A stretch of DNA of 63,955 bases, filler included, from Octopus bimaculoides (lineage: Eukaryota), in NCBI RefSeq assembly GCF_001194135.2. It is 6 parts of 6 records of this genome, joined end to end, with 100 filler letters (N's around TTAATTAATTAA, not from the genome) between each part and the next. Parts side by side here need not be neighbours in the genome. Positions count along the whole stretch, not along the records: positions 29,683 to 57,461 come from NC_068982.1; positions 57,562 to 62,407 come from NW_026341033.1; positions 62,508 to 63,955 come from NC_068988.1; 3 more parts are not named here. One strand, written 5' to 3'. Of this stretch, positions 54,220-63,955 are shown one piece after another; positions within the stretch are counted from its first letter, which is position 1; every line of letters begins with the position of its first letter. The position numbers and the translations under genes are program-made. Below the pieces are notes generated by a model, which was given only the letters and a program-made list of their open reading frames with translations, was not told the DNA's origin and searched no databases.

Positions 54220-54720
54220 ACTTTGATGTGTCTCAGAATTGTCACCAGCATTATTTCTTACGCACATCAACGACCTATTCACGACACATAAAGCAAATGA
54301 TACCAGCCTTCATATTTCATAACCTTTTGTATACAAGCGCCATCTGCAATCAGCGCAAACGTCTCACAACTGCCTCGTACTGCTGACATGAAGTAACAAT
54401 TCGACAGGAACTTAAAAACTTAGACACCTTCAATACTACCAGGACACAATCATTTGACGTATGGAAACAATCTTAAGCTATAAACCTTCCCGGTTTACAA
54501 ACAACACGATTTAAAATCCTCAAATTAGCAGCAAAATTGGGGATTTTCGATGTAACTCTGTTTTAAAAGTTAATCTTCATCCTGGAGACATCGAAATACT
54601 TCGGTCCTCTTCAAATTCGCCTGTGCGGCTCACATGAAAACATTGCAGATACATCTGAGACGATCTTGATGCCGCACAAGGAAATATATTAGACTACATC
54701 GCAAAATGGCCATCCAGTAG
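54220..54720 (+). mobile_element. CR1/Jockey-group RT fragment, heavily decayed
   Basis: LSPALFLTHINDLFTT..ANDTSLHIS..FNTTRTQ, matching the LF...INDL, ADDT and FNASKTQ motifs. Confidence 0.5.
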
Positions 54721-55261
54721 ATTAACAGCAATTCTTATTCCAGCATACTGGAACCATTAGTCGATAGACTGATTCTTTCCTTTGTCTCTTCTGCTGCTGC
54801 TATGGAAGTCACAAAACAAATGTTTCCATCATGACTCTTTTATTTATTTCGTTTTTGTATTTGGTTTGCAAGATTCTTTATGTGAATTCGTGTGTTGAAG
54901 CATATTTTGTTGTGTCTGGGGAGAGTTATTCTCTTTTAGTGCCTTTTATTACTTAACACACTCACCGGTTCGATTTCCACTCATTTATTTAGTTTTTTCT
55001 AAAACTTTCGTTGCATCTTGCAACCTTTTCGATAGTCGTTGACTCTTTTATTTATCTTTTATCTGTTGCTCGTTTCAGTCATGAGACTGCGGCCATGCTG
55101 GGGCAAGCAAACTTCTTACCACACAGCCACTCCTGCGCCTACTCTTGTAGAATTTTCCAACAAATTATGCTACTACCATGCTGGGTCTTTCAAAATATTC
55201 TCTGATCTCACAAACAATATTGTCAGACTCCTAAGCTCCTTGTTGTTTGGATGATTTACGA

Positions 55262-55602
55262 AATTATTTACATTATTTACATTTGACGGATATTTGTCCT
55301 CACCTTGTTTGTTGTTAACACAACGTTTCGCCTGATATACCCTCCAACCTTCATCAGGTGTCTTGGGGAAATTTCGAACTAGGGTTCTCATTCCTAAGGT
55401 ATTTTTCGATGTTGTTGTTGTTGTTGTTATTATTATTATTATTATTATTATTAATATTCAGGTCACTGCCTGGAATCGAAATCAGAATCGTAGGGTTAGT
55501 ATCCCGCGCTCTTAACCACTACGCCATATGCCCGTGAGCATATGTAAATAATATCAAATGTAAATGATGTACATAATTCCTCATCTCTTAAATATAGAAC
55601 TG
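55262..55602 (-). mobile_element. tRNA-headed repeat with Penelope-type 3' end and inverted terminal piece
   Basis: Minus strand: A box TGGCGTAGTGG (55516-55526), B-box-like GATTTCGATTCC (55472-55483), (TAA)n(CAA)n, hammerhead, tail TCAAATGTAAATAATGTAAATAATT; an inverted copy of the tail (23/25) at 55555-55579. Confidence 0.75.
55317..55362 (-). ncRNA. Minimal type I hammerhead ribozyme motif
   Basis: GACAC-CTGATGA-A-GGTTG(GAGGGTATAT)CAGGC-GAAA-CG-TT-GTGTT: intact core, stem I GACAC/GTGTT, palindromic AACGTT stem III, stem II with one G.G mismatch. Confidence 0.6.
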
Positions 55603-55836
55603 ATTTAAGAATAAATAATATACGTATTGGGCTTTTACCTCCTTCTTCTCTAACTCTACTATTGTCATCAGCTGCAGTAGAAAGAGGTGTAGGAACCGGA
55701 TGAACTGTTTATCCTCCTCTTTCAACCCTATTCATATGCATGTTTGACAGTCATCTTAAATAGTATGCCACTCACGACAAAATGTATCAGGACTGATGCT
55801 GTAAAACGCAAACGACAACATATTTCAATCCGGCAT

Positions 55837-56150
55837 TTAATCTCCTTCGAAGTAATTCCTTTCTGAAGCAATGCATTTTATCCGGTGTCGTTTCCATTGA
55901 CGGAAGCATTCCATGAATTACGTTTTTGAGATAGCAAGTAGCTGCCTCGTCGCATTCTCTTGGATTTCCTCAACATCTTGAAATCTTGTTGCATTCTTCC
56001 AATGAGAAGTCTTAAGTCTTGGTTTCGAAGTTAGAGCCATAGACCCACGATTCGTTACCTCTTAGGACCATTTTCAAACAGTTTTCATCTTCCTTGACAC
56101 AATCAAGGAGATCCTGCACAGATGAAAATCCGATCTTCTTTTTGAAACGA
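55837..56150 (-). mobile_element. Mariner transposase remnant, internally deleted
   Basis: QDLLDCVKEDENCLKMVLRGNESWVYG..(deletion)..RFQDVEEIQENATRQLLAISK..FMECFRQWKR..KCIASEG..EGD*. Confidence 0.8.
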
Positions 56151-57114
56151 CCACACTCTACACACTTTACTTCCAAACACTGCTATCAGCAATGAAAGTG
56201 AGCGAGAACATTATAACTTTGTGTGCATGCACGACAGAATTCAAAGTAAATCTGTGTCCCTTAGCTCCGTTACCATAGCAACAGTCAGGATAATCTTTGA
56301 TCAGGCCTCGTATACTGCCGATCACACACACATATTTGCAACTTGGTCATTGGCAATAATCCACTCTTCTCGCCTTTGATCTTCACGGCCGACATTCACT
56401 TATCACCTTTAAAATCTCCTCAGCTGGAAGCCACAGACAGCTGCCCACTCTCATTTCATCATTTCCCGGAACAAAGCTTCTTCCCTCAACTGCAGTGAAG
56501 TGTGAACTTATGGGAAAGTGGCTGTTATTTCTTGCAGTAGAGACACTCTAGTTGGCAGGATATTTGATTGTGTCTATGATTCTGTATATGAGTACGTATG
56601 AGCTTGTGTATGTCTGTATGTAACTAGAGCTCATCTGTGTATCAGGCAGCGCTGAATCAAGCGCTAAGCAAATAGGTGCATGTGCTTAAGGCATCAAGGG
56701 AAGTTTTATTAGGGGAGGAGGTACCACAGAAACAGTAAATGGTTTACCGCACAAAAGAAATCACTTTAAACTTGCTAAAGTAATATTCGAAGTGGTTAAT
56801 ATGATCGGAAATATAATCTTGAAGTGTTCATGGTGTCGTAGTGAGGATCTGATGAAAAACTATGCAATTTAAAAATGTAGGAGAAATTTTTTCAAATATA
56901 AATAAAGTGGAAGCATACAAAAATAAACATTATTTTCCACCTTACTGTTAGTTTTGTTTCTTTTTGAAAAATATAAAAAATCATTTTATGGTTTATTATT
57001 GTTTATATTTGAAATTACATATATATGGGGGATATCAAAATCTTTAAAGTGCTTAAGGCCTCCATGGGTCTTAATCCGGCCTTGGCAACAGCAGAGTGTT
57101 TCTGAGATCTTTTC

Positions 57115-57318
57115 TTCTCTAGGCACAAGGGCCGAAATTTTTGGGAAGGGGGTCAGTCGATTAGATCGACCCCAGTATGCAACTGGTACTTAATTTATCG
57201 AGTCTGAAAGGATGAAAGACAAAGTCGACCTCGGCGGAATTTGAACTCAGAACATAAAGACAGACGAAATACCTCTAAGCATTTCGTCCGGTGTGCTAAC
57301 GTTTCTGCCAGCTCGCCG
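57115..57318 (-). mobile_element. SINE family C
   Basis: AGGCACAAGGGCC..GGATGAAAGACAAAGTCGACCTCGGCGGAATTTGAACTCAG..CCAGCTCGCCG. Confidence 0.9.
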
Positions 57319-58124
57319 TCGTAGAGGGTTTGTGAGATCTGAACAAAAATGTACGAAATAAAAAGCTGAAATGTAGGAGTATATAAATATATATGACGAT
57401 ATATAAATATCTAAAGAAATGCTTTTGAGGTGATTGCGTAAAGATTCGTTAAGAACGTAATNNNNNNNNNNNNNNNNNNNNNNNNNNNNNNNNNNNNNNN
57501 NNNNNTTAATTAATTAANNNNNNNNNNNNNNNNNNNNNNNNNNNNNNNNNNNNNNNNNNNNTTGTTCTTGTTCTTGTTTCAACCATGGCTGCCTCTGCAT
57601 AGTTATTTGTGATGTTTACTTTGTAAAACATTAAGGGGAGAGGGTTGCTAGCACATCACCTCCTACCCACATTTTTCCCGTCCACATCTTTACCATACGG
57701 GCCCCTAACAAAATCCGATTATAAGTATAGATGCAAATCTATCTAATTACTTGTCTCCTTCTAAAATCAGGCATAACTTGGCAGTCGGTCGACTTACAAC
57801 ACCGTTCTTCGTCTTGAGTTTACTTGGAAGAGTGTGTTTTACCAAGAGATAGGTTGTTTTTAACACATTCAAGAATGTTATGTTGGGCTTTCTTGACAAC
57901 AAGGTGAAGGTGAGTTCTGATTGGCTGTATGCAAATGAGTTCATTACTGGGGTTCGGAACTCTTGGGAAAAATTTCGCACCCGGGGCAGCTCTTCAGTTT
58001 TCCACCCCCAGAGCTCCCACAGAAAATGCATATAGTCTACAGCAGACCCAAAAAGTGGTGCCGCCCCCATAAAAGTGCCACCCGGAGCGAATCGCCCCCT
58101 GTAGCTACGCTAGTGTTTCGGGGT

Positions 58125-58560
58125 CGATAAAATAAGTACGAGTTGAACACTGGGGTTCAGTCCCACTGCGTGGCACCTTAGTGGAAGTGTCGTCTACTGC
58201 AGCCTAGGACCGAGCAAAGCCCTGTGAGTATGTTTGGTAGTCGGAAAAGAAACCCGTCATGTCTATGTGTGTGAGTGTGTGTGTATCTGTGTGTGTGTGT
58301 GTCGTTCACCACCATTTGATAACCGGTGTTGGTGTGTCTACGTCCTCTTGACTTTCCGAAGTTGCTGGCCTTGTGCCAAAATTCGAAATTAGTATTGGTT
58401 TCTAACTGATGATAGAAGGCCACACACTTGAAGGAAGGTTGTAGTCCTTTGGCAAAGTCGTTAGAGCGTTGGAAAGAACGCCGTGCGGTGGTATGTTCCG
58501 GTTCGCTGTTCTCTGAGTTCTAATCCTGCCCGAGGTCAACTTTGTCTTTCATCATTTTTG
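58125..58560 (+). mobile_element. Mosaic of SINE C and SINE B fragments
   Basis: GGGGTCGATAAAATAAGTAC, GGTTCAGTCCCACTGCGTGGCACC, TTGATAACCGGTGTTGGTG, CCGAGGTCAACTTTG. Confidence 0.65.
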
Positions 58561-58565
58561 AGGCC

Positions 58566-58663
58566 TCGTTGCTGCTGCTGCTGTTGTTGTTGTTGTTGTT
58601 GTTGTTCCTCTTCTTCTTCTTCTTCTTCTTCTTCTTCTTCTGCTTCTGCTGCTGCTGCTGCTA
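58566..58663. repeat. Compound (GCT)(GTT)(CTT)(GCT) microsatellite
   Basis: Direct reading. Confidence 0.95.
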
Positions 58664-59340
58664 TGTCATAAAGGATAGGAGACCCTACTGACTTAATTGC
58701 ATCTCCAGACCAGCTCGGAAGAACTACCCACTCTCCAAGAGCTCGCAGTTGCCGATGATGACGATGACGACGATGATGGTGATGAAGATCATGATCATGC
58801 TTATAACTGTCTCTTACCAACAACATTGCAGAGGCGGGGTGGAGGGTGAAAAAATACACCACCTCAGGGGAACATTTCTACATACTGTATACAAATATGG
58901 TGGGGTCCTCAAAAATGTAATGTAGTGAGTTGAGAAACTTTGATCAACAGAGATTACTCGAGAAATCAGTACATGAAAACTCCCTTGAGAAGTGTTTAAA
59001 ATCTAAAAACAACAAACAAGGGCGAAGCAAATCTGCTCCAGTTTCTCTTGTCTGTATTGTCCAAAAATTCCACTCAACTGAAAATAAAATTGTTTATTTA
59101 TTTATTTATTCCTGAATTGTTGGAATCTTTGGATGGAAATTATAAAATTCTATTCACAGTTCAAGGCTGCTACGTTATTTTAAAAGAATGAACGAGGAAG
59201 TTTTCAGAGACTGGATGAGTTTTTTAGAAAATAGCCGAAATTGATGAACGAACAAACTTGCATTCACACACACATATACATATATGCATACATGCATACA
59301 TGCATACATACATACATACATACATACATACATACATACA

Positions 59341-59684
59341 TTAGGGTTCTCAAAACCTGAAAGAAAAAGGCTGATTAGAAGACTACAGATTCAAGCCATC
59401 AATGGAACTGTAAAGATATGTAAAGCTTTCCAAAAATTTAGCGCATAAATACATATGTATGCATCTAGACATAAAAATATATACATAAAAACGCATCCAT
59501 AAAACAAACATACAAATCTGCGCATACACTAACACCAAATACTGCACACACACACATATGCACAAATACCTAGATGATGTTGATAAAAGTTCCAATGAAG
59601 GAGCCTTGAATCTATGTTAGAGTCCGGCTCTTTCTCTATGGACAAGAAATACAGAAATGAAACTGATTGATAACATACATACAT
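59341..59684 (+). mobile_element. R4/Dong-like LINE, 5'-truncated copy 1
   Basis: LGFSKPERKRLIRRLQIQAINGTVKICKAFQKFSA*, UTR and CATA tail; the 5' junction directly follows (CATA)n. Confidence 0.85.
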
Positions 59685-60078
59685 GTAACACACTGCCTAA
59701 ATACCAATCTTGAGAAATTAGGCTTCCCAAAACAGAAAAGAGAAAGCTTATTCGAAGACGACAGATCCAGGCCATCATTGGAACTGTAAAAATCTGTAAA
59801 ACTTTGCAGAAGTTTATCATTTAAGTATACAATTATATGCGTGACATACAATTATATGCGTGAGAATACATACATAAAGCAAAACATACAAATATGTACA
59901 TACAATGATTCCAAATACTGTACATATACATACATACATACATACATACATACGTAACCTGTTAATGTTGTTGAAATTCCAATGAAAGAGCTTTGGATTT
60001 AGGTCAGAACCCGACTCTTTCTCCATACATACATACATACATACATACATACATACATACATACATACATACATACAT
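59685..60078 (+). mobile_element. R4/Dong-like LINE, 5'-truncated copy 2
   Basis: VTHCLNTNLEKLG..EKRKLIRRRQIQAIIGTVKICKTLQKFII*, UTR, (CATA)n 60024-60078. Confidence 0.85.
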
Positions 60079-60104
60079 GTAACACACTGCCTAAATACCG
60101 ATCT

Positions 60105-60445
60105 CCTAACAACAATATAAACATCATGTAGCCAAGATATCCTTGGCCTGAAGAGTAGCTTGTGGTTTTCCCCTCTTTTGGATAATTCACTATTTCCGAG
60201 GTTCCGCTGGTTATGAAGCATATGTAGCCTGCATTTTATCTAACTCATTCTCTAATTTTGGATATATATTTTTTTTGTCTCAAGAATTTCCATATTTTGA
60301 TTGAAATCAAATGAACCAAATTCCTCCTTAAACCCATCCATAAACCCGCTCTCTTTCGAAATTTCTTTTCCACCCCCGAAATGAAATATGTCTCATCGGA
60401 ACGTGAATCACTGATATCGATGCTTTCCTCATTCACTGGGACAAT
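60105..60445 (-). mobile_element. L1/Tx1-like RT N-terminal fragment, decayed
   Basis: ..RKRAG.MDGFKEEF..YPKEGK..PRISWLHDVY.., resembling the KAPG.DG..EFY, IPK.GK and RPISLL motifs. Confidence 0.5.
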
Positions 60446-60460
60446 TAAAGGTAGGCTTCA

Positions 60461-62045
60461 AAGGCGGTGAGCTCGCAGAAACGTTAGCACGCTGAGCAAA
60501 ATGCTTAGCGGTATTTCGTCTGTCTTTACGTTCTGAGTTCAAATTCCGCCGAGGTCGACTTTTCCTTTCATCCTTTCAAGGTCGATAAATTAAGTACCAG
60601 TTACGTACTGGAGTCGATCTAATCGACTGGTCCCCTCCCCCAAAATTTAGGGCCTTGTACCTAGAGTAGAAACGAATTAAAGGTAGATTTCAAAGGCGGC
60701 GAGCTGTCAGAAACGTCAGTACGCCGGGCGAAATTCTTAACGGTATTTCGTCTGTCTTCACGTTCTGAGTTCAAATTCCGCCGAGGTCGACTTTGCTTTT
60801 CATCCTTTCGGAGTCGGTAAANNNNNNNNNNNNNNNNNNNNNNNNNNNNNNNNNNNNNNNNNNNNNNNNNNNNNNNNNNNNNNNNNNNNNNNNNNNNNNN
60901 NNNNNNNNNNNNNNNNNNNNNNNNNNNNNNNNNNNNNNNNNNNNNNNNNNNNNNNNNNNNNNNNNNNNNNNNNNNNNNNNNNNNNNNNNNNNNNNNNNNN
61001 NNNNNNNNNNNNNNNNNNNNNNNNNNNNNNNNNNNNNNNNNNNNNNNNNNNNNNNNNNNNNNNNNNNNNNNNNNNNNNNNNNNNNNNNNNNNNNNNNNNN
61101 NNNNNNNNNNNNNNNNNNNNNNNNNNNNNNNNNNNNNNNNNNNNNNNNNNNNNNNNNNNNNNNNNNNNNNNNNNNNNNNNNNNNNNNNNNNNNNNNNNNN
61201 NNNNNNNNNNNNNNNNNNNNNNNNNNNNNNNNNNNNNNNNNNNNNNNNNNNNNNNNNNNNNNNNNNNNNNNNNNNNNNNNNNNNNNNNNNNNNNNNNNNN
61301 NNNNNNNNNNNNNNNNNNNNNNNNNNNNNNNNNNNNNNNNNNNNNNNNNNNNNNNNNNNNNNNNNNNNNNNNNNNNNNNNNNNNNNNNNNNNNNNNNNNN
61401 NNNNNNNNNNNNNNNNNNNNNNNNNNNNNNNNNNNNNNNNNNNNNNNNNNNNNNNNNNNNNNNNNNNNNNNNNNNNNNNNNNNNNNNNNNNNNNNNNNNN
61501 NNNNNNNNNNNNNNNNNNNNNNNNNNNNNNNNNNNNNNNNNNNNNNNNNNNNNNNNNNNNNNNNNNNNNNNNNNNNNNNNNNNNNNNNNNNNNNNNNNNN
61601 NNNNNNNNNNNNNNNNNNNNNNNNNNNNNNNNNNNNNNNNNNNNNNNNNNNNNNNNNNNNNNNNNNNNNNNNNNNNNNNNNNNNNNNNNNNNNNNNNNNN
61701 NNNNNNNNNNNNNNNNNNNNGACTGTGGGGTACTTTTTCTGCCAAGGTCGACTTTGCTTTTTATCCTTTCGAGGTCGATAAAATAAGTACCAGTTAAACA
61801 CTGGGGTCAATGTAATCGACTCATCCCCTTCCCCGGAAATTGCTGCCCTTGTGGCAAAATTTGAAAGCATTATTATTTATTCATTTCGTTAACGCGGTGA
61901 GCTGGCAGAATCGTTAGCACACCGGGCAAAAATGCTTAGCGATATTCCGTCTGGTTTTACGTTCTGGGTTCGAATTCTGCCGATGTCGACTTTGCTTATT
62001 ACTCTTTCGAGATCGAATTTTCTGGTCGTATGCCAAAACTTGAAA
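60461..62045 (+). mobile_element. Head-to-tail cluster of SINE C copies (60461-60675, 60696-60821, 61731-61870, 61893-62045), spanning a gap
   Basis: Each copy has the C core in the same orientation. Confidence 0.85.
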
Positions 62046-62360
62046 CCGATATTCCTTAATCCATTTAAAATTCTTGAAATATATCATATTGTACCTTGTA
62101 TACAGTACAATTTTTAAAGGACGGAAATTACACGAAGATAAGTAAAGAACATGATTTATTTAACAACGTCTGAAGCAGGACCAGTTTGATATTTCTTAAT
62201 TCACTTAAAATTCTTAAGATATATCATACTGTACATGTCTGCAGTATAATGTTTATAAGATGAAAATTAAATGAGGAAAAGTAAAGAACATGATTTTATT
62301 TAAGAGATAAAGGTACAGATTAATACAGTTCTAAACAAGAGCATGTTTAATCTCTATCAT

Positions 62361-62407
62361 GTGGAGGCGCAATGGCCCAGTGGTTAGGGCAGCTGACTCG
62401 CGGTCAT
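62361..62407 (+). mobile_element. SINE family A head, cut by gap
   Basis: GTGGAGGCGCAATGGCCCAGTGGTTAGGGCAGCTGACTCGCGGTCAT. Confidence 0.85.
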
Positions 62408-62950
62408 NNNNNNNNNNNNNNNNNNNNNNNNNNNNNNNNNNNNNNNNNNNNTTAATTAATTAANNNNNNNNNNNNNNNNNNNNNNNNNNNNNNNNNNNNN
62501 NNNNNNNTATATATATATATATATATATCGCCATATGCATAATGAAGAGCAAGAATGACAACAATGACTTACATATTTATTCTTAATACGCTACGGTATA
62601 TTCGCTGTTGCGTTTTCGTCACAGGAGAATAACTTTCGCTTTACAGTGAATATGTGTTCATAACAGTGTATTAGTGCAAGTTCACTGGTACAACTGGTGT
62701 TTCGACATCGTCTTGTGCTGTCAGCCAGATCCACTCCTGATTATATTGAATCTAAAAGGATTTGAAGTTCTTGTTTGAGCGAACAAACTGTTGGTATCTT
62801 CCAACCGATAATAAGTCGCCATATGCTCGGAGGACTGCGAGAATCAAAATTGTGATTTGCATATTCGTTAATCGACGAAGCACTGCAGTAATTAGTATAT
62901 TCACATTAGAATCTGCTGGACCGTATTAAGAATATATATATATACATACA

Positions 62951-63244
62951 TATAAGACAAGGTATAAACAATAGTTATAAAATATTTTTCCTTTATTAGA
63001 GCAAATTTGGCTTACAGCTATTTCCATAGGTTTGTTACTGATAAGTTTACTCAATCGGTCTATTGATCAGTTGAGAAAAATTGGTTATTCAATTGGTTGT
63101 TCTATTTTGCTCAAATGATCAATAGAACGATTGAGTAAACCTATAAGTAACGTATCTGTAATGATTACCCGAAACAGCAGTAAGCCAGATTTGTTCTAAT
63201 AAAGGAAAATATGTAAAGACCATTATTTATAACTTGTCGTATAT
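62951..63244. mobile_element. Foldback MITE with long imperfect inverted arms
   Basis: TTTTCCTTTATTAGAGCAAATTTGGCTTAC vs GTAAGCCAGATTTGTTCTAATAAAGGAAAA; inner pair GTTTACTCAATCGGTCTATTGATCA vs TGATCAATAGAACGATTGAGTAAAC; TA flanks. Confidence 0.8.
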
Positions 63245-63510
63245 ATCACTCTGTGTAAAAACTAGTTTTTCTGGACCTCAACCACAATATAGAATGGTGA
63301 TGAATCATAATCTCGGATCCTGCCATATGAATACTTGGAATTCTTCACTAATCTGAACAATATTGTTAGCCTTGTGTGCCAACAGAGAACTTATGAAGTA
63401 TTTTGCCTGGATTGATAATAGCACACTATTAGCTATATATATAATGTGTGTGTGTGTGCGCGCGCGCGTATATATATATATGTATATGTATGTATAAATG
63501 TATATATGCA

Positions 63511-63882
63511 CTTGGTTGGCACTCCGTCAGTTACGACGGCGAGGGTTCCAGTTGATCCGATCAACGGAACAGCCTGCTCGTGAAATTCACGTGCAAGTGG
63601 CTGAGCACTCCACAGACACGTGTACCCTTAACGTAGTTCTCGGGGAGATTCAGCATGACACAGAGTGTGACAAGGCTGGCCTTTTGAAATACAGGTACAA
63701 CAGAAACAAGAAGAAAGAGTGAGAGAAAGTTGTGGCGAAGGAGTACAGCAGGGTTCACCACAACCCCCTGCCGGAGCCTCGTGGAACTTTAGGTGTTTTC
63801 GCTCAATAAACACTCACAACGTCCGGTCTAGGAATCGAACCCGCGATCCTATGACCTAACCACTGGGCCATTGCGCTTCCAC
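63511..63882 (-). mobile_element. tRNA-derived SINE family A, full length
   Basis: Perfect 12-bp TSD TGTATATATGCA at 63499-63510 and 63883-63894. Confidence 0.93.
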
Positions 63883-63955
63883 TGTATATATGCATCTACA
63901 TCTATATATATAAAAATGAGAATGTGTGTCTGTCTGTGTGTGTGTGTGTGTGTGT

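Overview
AT-rich eukaryotic genomic DNA from a gapped draft assembly. It is most likely an octopod cephalopod (Octopus-type), inferred from the tRNA-headed SINE families, the Dong/R4, RTE, CR1 and Tx1 LINE mix, and the very high (TA)n/(CA)n/(CATA)n density. I cannot support any host protein-coding gene: nearly all ORFs in the track are translations of microsatellites, N-gaps, SINEs or decayed transposons, so the window reads as a large intron or intergenic desert. It contains dozens of SINE copies from at least five families, decayed LINEs (CR1-like, RTE, R4/Dong-like, Tx1/L1-like), an internally deleted Ty3/Gypsy element, mariner and Penelope-like remnants, and several MITEs with recognisable TIRs/TSDs. 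The most interesting observations are: (1) a tRNA-headed repeat carrying a Penelope-type minimal hammerhead ribozyme (55262-55602, minus); (2) a TSD-flanked RTE insertion with a twin-priming-type 5' inversion (21742-22512); (3) R4/Dong-like LINE ends stacked in (CATA)n microsatellites; (4) a pri-miRNA-shaped hairpin in unique sequence (40506-40591). SINE family letters A-E are my own labels. All family assignments are by eye and unverified by database search.
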